Shown here: positions 7,922-15,515 of the stretch, in pieces
Numbering within the stretch: position 1 is the stretch's first letter
Layout: every line of letters begins with the position of its first letter
From: a plasmid
Sequence record: NZ_CP073098.1
Length of the DNA: 21,217 nt
Reading direction: 5' to 3' (one strand)
Made by a program: the position numbers and the translations under genes
Notes under the pieces: generated by a model
Databases searched by the model: none
What the model was told of the DNA's origin: nothing
The model's input: only the letters and a program-made list of their open reading frames with translations

Positions 7922-8158
7922 TTAGCGGTCGTCGACTGGAGTCTTCTTCTCGAATAGAGGACCGGAGAAAATAAAGGCAAGAATCAAAAGTACAGTTCCA
8001 GTTCCCACTAGAAGTAAAGGAATGACGCCGTTACCGGATTGTTGCCCAGCGTCTGCGTCACTGGCAGACATTCCCGCACTAAACAAAAAACCTCCAGCAG
8101 AGAGCATAATTAGGCCTGAGATTCCTGCTAGCAGTACCGGCCATAGTGCGCGATTCAA
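7922..8158 (-). CDS. Small membrane protein (2 TM), low-GC cassette gene
   Basis: TTG start at 8158 with GAAGGAG RBS 9 nt upstream. Hydrophobic segments PVLLAGISGLIMLSAGGFLF and VIPLLLVGTGTVLLILAFIF. Confidence 0.5.
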   Translation of the reverse strand: MNRALWPVLLAGISGLIMLSAGGFLFSAGMSASDADAGQQSGNGVIPLLLVGTGTVLLILAFIFSGPLFEKKTPVDDR

Positions 8159-8176
8159 AGAATACGCTCCTTCTCG

Positions 8177-8545
8177 CTATGGATTACATAGAGCAACAAC
8201 AGTTTTATTATACCCAACATCTGGACGCCAGCTTTCTAGATTCCAGGGATCCTTGAATCCAGCGTTCGAGATATGGCATGAGAGCTGATCACGCATATTT
8301 TGCCCATGAAGATGCGCTGGTGTCTTTCGCGTGTACTCATCCCACATTTCATTGTGCAGCTTATCGGAGGTAGCAGCATTATTCGGATAATTTCGGCCTC
8401 CCTTGTGATGCACGTGTACGCGCTCTCCTTGAGGAGTGTTCTCGACGTCTACATTAGTGAAGTAGTCCTCCATAGCTTGAGCCTGAGCCGGAACAATCAA
8501 CGCACCCGTAATAGCAGCTGCTGCCAACTTATTTTTCAGCTTCAT
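8177..8545 (-). CDS. Small secreted protein (Sec signal peptide MKLKNKLAAAAITGALIVPAQAQA), unknown function
   Basis: Clear n/h/c signal peptide with AQA cleavage motif. Located in a low-GC (about 45 %) segment. Confidence 0.6.
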   Translation of the reverse strand: MKLKNKLAAAAITGALIVPAQAQAMEDYFTNVDVENTPQGERVHVHHKGGRNYPNNAATSDKLHNEMWDEYTRKTPAHLHGQNMRDQLSCHISNAGFKDPWNLESWRPDVGYNKTVVALCNP

Positions 8546-8730
8546 TGAAATCCTTCCTAAGCGAACGCGAAGCTTACATATAGAACGCTATGAAATGAGA
8601 ATGAAGCTGCACAACAAACTAGCTATGAATTCTTGGTAAAGTCTTTCTCTGTTCGTTAATGATGCAGAAAGCCTTTGGTAACCGTGCTTCTTTAAAGATA
8701 AGAAAGCATTTCATGATGAAGTACGGCGTG

Positions 8731-8756
8731 GCATATGTCCCGCCATATGGCGGGAC
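8731..8756 (+). repeat. Third copy of the palindromic core GTCCCGCCATATGGCGGGAC (perfect 20-bp palindrome, 8737..8756), 38 bp downstream of the resolvase stop
   Basis: Matches the right ends of the repeat copies at 6957 and 7704. The left flank GCATAT is also shared. Confidence 0.7.
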
Positions 8757-8794
8757 TGACGGGTGCGCATAGTTACCCTCACAGCTGCGCCGCT

Positions 8795-9388
8795 TTAGGC
8801 GTTTTTCAACGCCCGATACACCGTAGGACGGGTCACCCCGAATTCCCGCGCCAAGACTGCTTTCGACTCCCCCGCCAGCACGCGCCGCTTAATCTCCGCC
8901 ACCTGCTGCGGGCTAAGAGCAGGCTTGCGGCCTTTGTACTTGCCAGCCTTTTTGGCCAGCGCAATCCCCTCTGCTTGGCGTTCGCGGATAATGGCCCGTT
9001 CAAACTCCGCGAAGCTACCGAGAATGCCGAGCATTAAATCTGCGCGGGGATCTGTGGTGTCTTTCGCAAACGCGAGATTCTCATGCAGAAAAGTAACAGT
9101 CACGCCCTTGCCGGTAAGTTCATCAACAATACCGCGCAAATCCGTAAGCGAACGGGCGAGACGATCAATCGACGACACAACGAGCTCGTCCCCGTCGCGC
9201 ACATACGCCATACACTCGACAAGCCCAGGGCGCGCAGTCTTAGTACGTCCGGAAATCTTATCTTCAAAAAACCGGTCAATCCTGCCAGAAGCATTGAGTA
9301 GTTCTTTCTGACGCTGATTATTCTGCTCCACCGACGAGACACGGATATAGCCCACCCGCTGCCCATGTGAACCGGAGTCATTGGCCAT
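8795..9388 (-). CDS. Serine recombinase (resolvase/invertase family) with C-terminal HTH
   Basis: N-terminal GYIRVSSVEQ catalytic-Ser motif, then RLARS, then the C-terminal HTH REFGVTRPTVYRAL. Confidence 0.9.
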   Translation of the reverse strand: MANDSGSHGQRVGYIRVSSVEQNNQRQKELLNASGRIDRFFEDKISGRTKTARPGLVECMAYVRDGDELVVSSIDRLARSLTDLRGIVDELTGKGVTVTFLHENLAFAKDTTDPRADLMLGILGSFAEFERAIIRERQAEGIALAKKAGKYKGRKPALSPQQVAEIKRRVLAGESKAVLAREFGVTRPTVYRALKNA

Positions 9389-9654
9389 TAGTCTTCGCCC
9401 CGCGAGGGTGTAAAGGCAGCATTCTCCTGGGCAATGACCGCATCACGATACGACTCAACCACCCGCGCCAAGTCAGACAACTGTGCCCCGTCGAGACCAT
9501 CAGCGTCCGCAAGCAAAGACTGCACAATCCTGCCCAACGCCTGCTGCCCCGACGACAACCCACCATGCAGATCTTTCACCCGCGCCAACGCGGGCACAGA
9601 GTCAATATGACTTTCAATATGGAAACCATCAGACGACAACACCACACTCACCAC
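9388..9654 (-). CDS. Hypothetical 88-aa protein translationally coupled to the resolvase (TAATG overlap)
   Basis: GTG start with no RBS. Codon usage is similar to the resolvase. Its stop overlaps the resolvase ATG. Confidence 0.35.
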   Translation of the reverse strand: MVSVVLSSDGFHIESHIDSVPALARVKDLHGGLSSGQQALGRIVQSLLADADGLDGAQLSDLARVVESYRDAVIAQENAAFTPSRGED

Positions 9655-9846
9655 TTTCTGTAAACATAAGGCCTAGACCCTCCTAGACACGTGTAAAACA
9701 ATGCTAGGAACGGCCCTATTTTACAGGAAATATTCTGCTACACACCGGCGTAACAATAGGGTGTACCCCATTGTTTAGTAATGGTGTCCTCTACTTTGGG
9801 CGATTGCTTTCAAATGCTGGGCGCAGGGACAACAATTCTGGAAAAG

Positions 9847-10827
9847 CTAGTTTTGGATCTCTTCTTGGCGAAGCTGATCGAAGACGCTACCGGCGTAATC
9901 CTCGTCGAGGATGAAACCGTTGTCGGTTTCTTTGAGAACTCCTTCTTTGACTCTGCGATCCCACCACATGATTAAGGATGCGAGCGTGTAGCCGAGTTCG
10001 TATTTCTGACCAGGAACTATAAATGAGTTCTTCATGAGTTCTGGGAAGGTTAGTATTTGTCCTTCTCGGCCTCCGTTGGCAAATGTTTCAGGATCGTGTT
10101 GGGGCTCAATATGCTGAACAATCCAGTACACAACGTCGTAAAAGGTTCGACTTTCAGGGCTATTCTCGGTGATTATTGGATTTAAATCTTTGGTGATGAG
10201 CTCTGTAGCCTGCTTTAAAAGCTTTTCGATTCCTGGTGTTGGAGTGGCAGATATCGCCTTTCGGAGAGGTTCAGAAAGTGAGCCATATCGAACACCATTG
10301 ATCCCGATGTTATCCGGCTCTGCATCTTCAACCGTTTCTTCTTGGTCTGGGTAGGGGCCTAGCTTAGACAAGAATGCGTCGACTGATTCTGCAACGGGCA
10401 TGATGATCCCATCGGGATCGGTATCCACGTACAATACGGCGCCTTCTGGGAAATCTGGCAAGCCGTAGTTAATGACAAAGCATTGATGCATTCCGTCTTC
10501 GCTAGCAGCCAAGAGAAGGACTTCTTCGGGAATCTCCCACTCATCCATAAGGAAGGTTGCGTAGTCAATCAAATCAACATGAGCGCCATTGCTTGCTGTG
10601 CCGTTGCCGAAGATATCTTCAACAACGACCTCCAAGGTGTCCCCATCAGGCAGGGAAATATCTGTAAGGAAGCATTTTTCTAGGTTGAGGATGCCGCCTC
10701 CAGTTTCTGAAAGCAGCATCTTGTAATCATCAGGTAGCTTTTTGCCAAGCTTGCTTTCAAATTCAAGGATGCGTTGACTGTCTGCTGGCTGTGCAGTGTA
10801 CTCAAAAAGGTTGGCGTAGTTTTTCAT
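9847..10827 (-). CDS. SUKH-1 (SMI1/KNR4) family immunity protein with an extra C-terminal domain of unknown function (326 aa)
   Basis: N-terminal signature ILEFESKLGKKLPDDYKMLLSETGGG (ExxLG..LP..Y..L....GG). It sits 9 nt downstream of the toxin gene stop. Confidence 0.8.
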   Translation of the reverse strand: MKNYANLFEYTAQPADSQRILEFESKLGKKLPDDYKMLLSETGGGILNLEKCFLTDISLPDGDTLEVVVEDIFGNGTASNGAHVDLIDYATFLMDEWEIPEEVLLLAASEDGMHQCFVINYGLPDFPEGAVLYVDTDPDGIIMPVAESVDAFLSKLGPYPDQEETVEDAEPDNIGINGVRYGSLSEPLRKAISATPTPGIEKLLKQATELITKDLNPIITENSPESRTFYDVVYWIVQHIEPQHDPETFANGGREGQILTFPELMKNSFIVPGQKYELGYTLASLIMWWDRRVKEGVLKETDNGFILDEDYAGSVFDQLRQEEIQN

Positions 10828-10836
10828 GATTGTCCT

Positions 10837-13800
10837 TTACGATTCGAGGGGTTTACTCCATAAAGCATATCCACCGGTATGTCGCACCTGTTGGTGGAGT
10901 TCCTTTGGTATTAGCTGCATGCGATTTTCGTCTTCGTGGTGGTGCCAAACAAGTTCATGCTTCTTACGATATTCACGATCGATTCCGAACTGTTTATCTG
11001 CTTGACGGATGTCTTTCCAGCTTTTTCCTGTGGGTTTTTTAAGTTTGATGTCCCCAACACCCTGTGTCGGGTGTGTATGTACATGCTTGTCAAAAACTGG
11101 AAAACCGCGTTCTGTAAATCGAATGTCCCCGTATTTTTCATGGAATCCTGGTGGCATCTTAGCTGGATCACCATTTCGCCAAATCCCGTCTGCAAATTGA
11201 GCGTTGATCGGATAGCGGTTAGATGCTCCAACTCTTTTGACAGTCGAGGGATATTTGCACTTGGAAGCAATGGTTGCGTAGGAGTGTGCTCCTGGCGCTG
11301 GAGTGTGGTACACACCTGAGCGAATGGTCATATGCTGGTTTCGGTAAGTAGCAACTCCCAGTCCAGCACAAGCGGCTGGTATTAGTGCGTCGTCGAGTGC
11401 AGCTTTGACCGGAGAATATTGAATAGCGCGTTTAATGGCGCCAGTTTTTCCAATCAGCTTACGGATTGCAGGTATAGCCTTGATGAGCTTTCCTGCTTTT
11501 CCTATAGGAAGTAGGCCGACTGCTGTCCATAAACATCCCGACACTTCACCGTGGAAGCATTTTAAGACATCGGTAACGCCAATGAGATCAAGGATGAGGT
11601 CTAGGCTTTCTTTTCCAATAGCGTCTTTAATTTTCTGTAAAACGCTTGTTGGTTCCGTTTTTATAAGGCCTTCGGCTTTTGCTGAGCGGGCTTGCTCTAG
11701 TTCTGCCATTTCTTTTTCCCAGGCGGCAAAATAAGCGTCATTAGCAGCTTGGGATGCTAAAGAAGCATCTTGCCCTGCAGCGTTTGCTGATTGACGTGCA
11801 GAAGCTGCGGACGTAGCCGCGGCCTGTGCCGCTGATTGTGCAGTCGCTGCGTAGGACGCAGCTTGATCTGCATTGGATTCAGCCTGATTTGCATCTGCCT
11901 CTGCTGAATTTGCTGCCTGATGGGCTCGCTGTTGTTGTTGGAGAGCGAAGGAAAGTGCTTTATCAGCAGACGCAACATGATTTTGAGCCTGTTGCGCTGA
12001 TTGCTGTGCGCTTCCTGCCCAACGTTGAGCTTGACGTGCATATTCTGCAGCGCGCTGCGCGTCACCAGTTGCCTGTTTGTGCGCCTGCTGAGCATTAGCT
12101 GCTTGTTGTGACGCTATTTCTGCGGCATACTGTCCAGCACTGAGTAAAGCGTCTATTTCTGCATTATGAGCATTGCGTTGCTCGTCCAGCATCGCACGGC
12201 GATACTGCTCAACTGAGATGAATTCATTGAGCTGCTGGCGATCGCCAGTAACTGCCGCCTCAGCTGCAATCTTTACTTCTTCACCGCCAGTATCAGTTAA
12301 TGCATAAGCCTGCTGAAGTTGATCTAAGTAGCGGGCTTTTTCGTAGCCTCCCTTGTTGATGAATTCGTCCAACGCGGTAAACGTTCCCTCTTTGAGGGCC
12401 GCGTCAGCTGCAGTTTGAACCTGCGGTCCTGCTTCATCTCTTAAAGCCCAGGCTTGTTCAATAAGTCCAGGAATACGCATTTCTGGAACTGTCACGTTGA
12501 CGAATTCATCGATAGTTACGTCATCTTCATAGCCGGCTTCATCAGCAGCGTTACGTATTTCTTCGTTGGGATCGTTCAGTGCCCAATGGCTGACTAGATT
12601 TAGGTTGTCTTCATATACTGCATCTGGGTATGCATTAAAAGCATATTCAATAAGGTCTTCTTCATTGTTTCCCGAAAGTGCCACTTTGGCTGCCCCTGCT
12701 ACAGACGGGGTACCAACCTGCGCCGCGCTTAGCGCAAGTTGGCGAAGATCAGATATTGCGTTTTCGGAAGGAGTAAATTCGCTTTCGTCGGCTGGAAGAG
12801 AAGAACGTATCTCTTCCATTTTCTGAGTTAGATCATTTCTGCGTTGTTCTTCTTGATTCCTATTTGCGTCTGTGGTGTCTTGAACTTCGCGTGCAAGTCG
12901 AGCTTGGTCTTTAAGGAAATCCCGTTCTGTGCGAAGTCGTTCTTCGGCAGCGGTTAATGCTTGCTCGTGGATAGATTTAGCAAGCTGGATGTTGTTTCGT
13001 GCTCGTTCTGCAGATTCACTAGAAAGCTGAGCGTGTTGCCCTGCAAATTGTGCTGCATAGTGAGCATTTCCTGCTTCACGAGCAGCATCATCTGCTGCTC
13101 GTGCTGATTTTTCGGCATGCTCTGCAGCTTCTCTAGCAGCTTTGCGGGTTTGCTCTACCAGGCTACGGATAGTGGCGACTATCCGGTCAACTTCGTTAGC
13201 TGCTGCCCTGGCACGTCCTGCTGCTGCTCTAGCGCGTGCGGCGCCTGCGCGAGCTTCATTCGCCGCCTGCTGGCTAACGCCTGCTGCATTAGCTGCATCT
13301 GAGGCTGCAGCTGCGGCTGCGTCCGCGTTACGGGCAGCTGATCCTGCTGCCTGACCTGCAGATTGAGCATGTCCTGCAGCTTCCTCCGCGTAGCGATAGG
13401 CCTGTTGGGATTGTTGTGCAGCCTGGGCTGCATTGCGGGCATTCTCGGCAGCTACCCGCGCCCCACGTGCTGCAGCGGCATCGTAAGCTGCAGCATTTGC
13501 GGCAGAAGCTGCTTGTGCTGCTGCGGACTGAGCGCGAGCAGAAGCTGCCGCAGCTCTTGATAAAGCAGCAGCAGTCTCTTGAAGGGCAGCTCGCGCCTCA
13601 TGAGATGCGGCTACAGCTTGATCTGCCATATTGGCTGATTGAGTAGCTAATTTTCCAGCTGCTGTTGCAGCATTACCTGCTCTTTGTTGCGCAGAATCTG
13701 CTGCTAAAGCTTCATCGCGTGAACGTTCTGTTGCAACTCGTGCAGCTTCTGCGGCTCGCGCTGCACGATCCGCTTGCATCCATGCTTTGTTATTTTCCTC

Positions 13801-14580
13801 TGTAGCTGTCTTAGATTCTTTAATCGTAAGATCTACCAGTTGGGATACCGTCATATGCTCAGCATCTTGATCAGCGGCCACATACTGCCCATAACGAAGA
13901 AATTCGTCAATTGCTGTATCTGTGCCAATTCGGAGTGCCTCAGATGCGTTCGCGGAAACAGTTGGTAATTCTGAGTCTACGAGCTCGTAGACTTCCCTGC
14001 GCTTATCGTTTGCCCGAGCCTCATCCTCACCCTGGGCGGCAAATTCACTGAGAGCTTCTACTGTGTCCTCGCGCAGAGCTTTATCAGCAGCGGATTTTAG
14101 ACTTGTTCCTTCTTCAGCTTGAGCTGCCTGCCACGCTTGAGCTCTATCGTCTTTACGTTGAGCTTCTTGCCATCCAGTATCAATAAACTTGCTTATCTCA
14201 TCAGTCGAACCCGATTGAAGGAGACGATTTGCTTGCTCTTGTAGCTGCTGTCCACCAACTGTTGACAAGGTAGTAAGTATTTGGCGCAGATCTTGTAGCT
14301 GTGCTTCTTCGCGACCGCCATTAACATACGCAGACCACTCGTGTTCCGATCCGCTTAGTGCAGTAATTGCTGCTTGACGCGAAGACTCGAAAGAAGTATC
14401 GAGCATGCTCACCGCGAAGTCACGTGCGTCTTGTTCTTGTAGAGCTTGCTCGGAAACTCTTAAACTGTCAGTTTGAGCTATAGCATTTGCTGAAGAAAAC
14501 GTTGTTCCCAAGATAACTGCAAGTAAGACGCAAACAATGCGAACCATTTTTAATTGCAGAGGAGTTGTTTTGCGTGGCAT
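10837..14580 (-). CDS. Secreted polymorphic toxin: Sec signal peptide, ALF-like repeats, two Ala/Gln-rich helical blocks, pre-toxin region, and a C-terminal WHH-type HNH/EndoVII nuclease domain
   Basis: 1247-aa ORF. N-terminal signal MPRKTTPLQLKMVRIVCVLLAVILGTTFSSANAIAQ. Seven [AT][LI]xEF[ILA] repeats, e.g. TAIDEFLRYGQY, TALDEFINKGGY, QLNEFISVEQY. C-terminal HELVWHHHEDENRMQLIPKELHQQVRHTGGYALW. Confidence 0.85.
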   Translation of the reverse strand: MPRKTTPLQLKMVRIVCVLLAVILGTTFSSANAIAQTDSLRVSEQALQEQDARDFAVSMLDTSFESSRQAAITALSGSEHEWSAYVNGGREEAQLQDLRQILTTLSTVGGQQLQEQANRLLQSGSTDEISKFIDTGWQEAQRKDDRAQAWQAAQAEEGTSLKSAADKALREDTVEALSEFAAQGEDEARANDKRREVYELVDSELPTVSANASEALRIGTDTAIDEFLRYGQYVAADQDAEHMTVSQLVDLTIKESKTATEENNKAWMQADRAARAAEAARVATERSRDEALAADSAQQRAGNAATAAGKLATQSANMADQAVAASHEARAALQETAAALSRAAAASARAQSAAAQAASAANAAAYDAAAARGARVAAENARNAAQAAQQSQQAYRYAEEAAGHAQSAGQAAGSAARNADAAAAAASDAANAAGVSQQAANEARAGAARARAAAGRARAAANEVDRIVATIRSLVEQTRKAAREAAEHAEKSARAADDAAREAGNAHYAAQFAGQHAQLSSESAERARNNIQLAKSIHEQALTAAEERLRTERDFLKDQARLAREVQDTTDANRNQEEQRRNDLTQKMEEIRSSLPADESEFTPSENAISDLRQLALSAAQVGTPSVAGAAKVALSGNNEEDLIEYAFNAYPDAVYEDNLNLVSHWALNDPNEEIRNAADEAGYEDDVTIDEFVNVTVPEMRIPGLIEQAWALRDEAGPQVQTAADAALKEGTFTALDEFINKGGYEKARYLDQLQQAYALTDTGGEEVKIAAEAAVTGDRQQLNEFISVEQYRRAMLDEQRNAHNAEIDALLSAGQYAAEIASQQAANAQQAHKQATGDAQRAAEYARQAQRWAGSAQQSAQQAQNHVASADKALSFALQQQQRAHQAANSAEADANQAESNADQAASYAATAQSAAQAAATSAASARQSANAAGQDASLASQAANDAYFAAWEKEMAELEQARSAKAEGLIKTEPTSVLQKIKDAIGKESLDLILDLIGVTDVLKCFHGEVSGCLWTAVGLLPIGKAGKLIKAIPAIRKLIGKTGAIKRAIQYSPVKAALDDALIPAACAGLGVATYRNQHMTIRSGVYHTPAPGAHSYATIASKCKYPSTVKRVGASNRYPINAQFADGIWRNGDPAKMPPGFHEKYGDIRFTERGFPVFDKHVHTHPTQGVGDIKLKKPTGKSWKDIRQADKQFGIDREYRKKHELVWHHHEDENRMQLIPKELHQQVRHTGGYALWSKPLES

Positions 14581-14592
14581 GCTCTTAGCCTC

Positions 14593-15486
14593 TTACTTTC
14601 CTGGAAGTGCTAACGCTTGGTCAATAAACCACACAGATTCAGCACTTTTGGATGAAGTTGTCGTTACGCCTTGGGAACCTCGTGTTGTCAGAACGCGAGA
14701 CTGGTTTAGAGCCGAAGACAATCGCGTTCCCGTAGGAGTTTCACTGACTGCGGAAGGACACCACGTAGCTCCTTGGGGAGAAGGGGAAGACAGTGCTGAT
14801 ACCGTTCCATTTGTTCGCATCGTCAGATATACGCCAGGATATGCAGCGGCCTCAAGCGATATGCATTGGGAGCCGTCTAAAGCTGGGACTACTTTAAATG
14901 AACCATCAAGTCGATCGTTAAACTTTGAGTTTCTATCAAGCGTGGATAGCTCAACCCCAGACCAAGAAAGACGAAGAATTCTTCCTGCTGCATTGCGCCC
15001 TGCAGAACGCAAGCTAACGACATTCGGGGACTCAGCGTCGATATCTAGATTTCCGGTTGCGGCTCCGGTAGAAGTCGCAACCGGCGTAACTTGAATTTCC
15101 ACAACGGTAGAACCACGGCGATCAACATCGATGTTTTGTACACCTCCGGGTTTAACGACACGCTGCCAGTAGACATCACCGCCAGGGAGTTTAAAAGCAA
15201 CCGCCACCGGTACTTTAAGCTCATTAACAATTCCGTAGGAACCGGTAATGTTAATCGCAACCCAACCAGTCTGCTTCGTCAAGAAAAAACAAGCTCGAGA
15301 GCCAGACAGGGAAGACGAATCGACACGAATGTATTCAGAAGACGTACCGCATTCCTTTTGGATAATCCCGCCATCGCCGGCAGTGATATCCACATCGTCT
15401 GCGCCCAATGCAGGAGATACGCCTAGATTCATAAACGCTAAACCAGAAAGTACGCCTGCAAAAAGACGTTTAAGAGAAAAGTTCAT
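14593..15486 (-). CDS. Secreted protein (signal peptide MNFSLKRLFAGVLSGLAFMNLGVSPALGADD), unknown function; second gene of the toxin operon
   Basis: ATG at 15486 with AAGGAAA RBS. The upstream GTG at 15510 is less likely. A 12-nt gap separates it from the toxin start. Confidence 0.7.
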   Translation of the reverse strand: MNFSLKRLFAGVLSGLAFMNLGVSPALGADDVDITAGDGGIIQKECGTSSEYIRVDSSSLSGSRACFFLTKQTGWVAINITGSYGIVNELKVPVAVAFKLPGGDVYWQRVVKPGGVQNIDVDRRGSTVVEIQVTPVATSTGAATGNLDIDAESPNVVSLRSAGRNAAGRILRLSWSGVELSTLDRNSKFNDRLDGSFKVVPALDGSQCISLEAAAYPGVYLTMRTNGTVSALSSPSPQGATWCPSAVSETPTGTRLSSALNQSRVLTTRGSQGVTTTSSKSAESVWFIDQALALPGK

Positions 15487-15515
15487 TATTTTCCTTAAAT
15501 TGAAGTACACCCTGC

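Noticed and set aside
9750-9775. Near-palindrome AACAATAGGG-TGTAC-CCCATTGTT downstream of the immunity gene as an intrinsic terminator
   Set aside because: No U-tract follows on the minus strand. It may instead be an operator for the resolvase operon promoter, so it is left unannotated.
11757-13646. Multiple ORFs on both strands inside the toxin gene (for example 11757..12095-, 13179..13442-, 13142..13354+)
   Set aside because: Generated by the low-complexity Ala/Gln-rich coding region (GCN/CAG repeats). The long frame with signal peptide and C-terminal domain is the real one.
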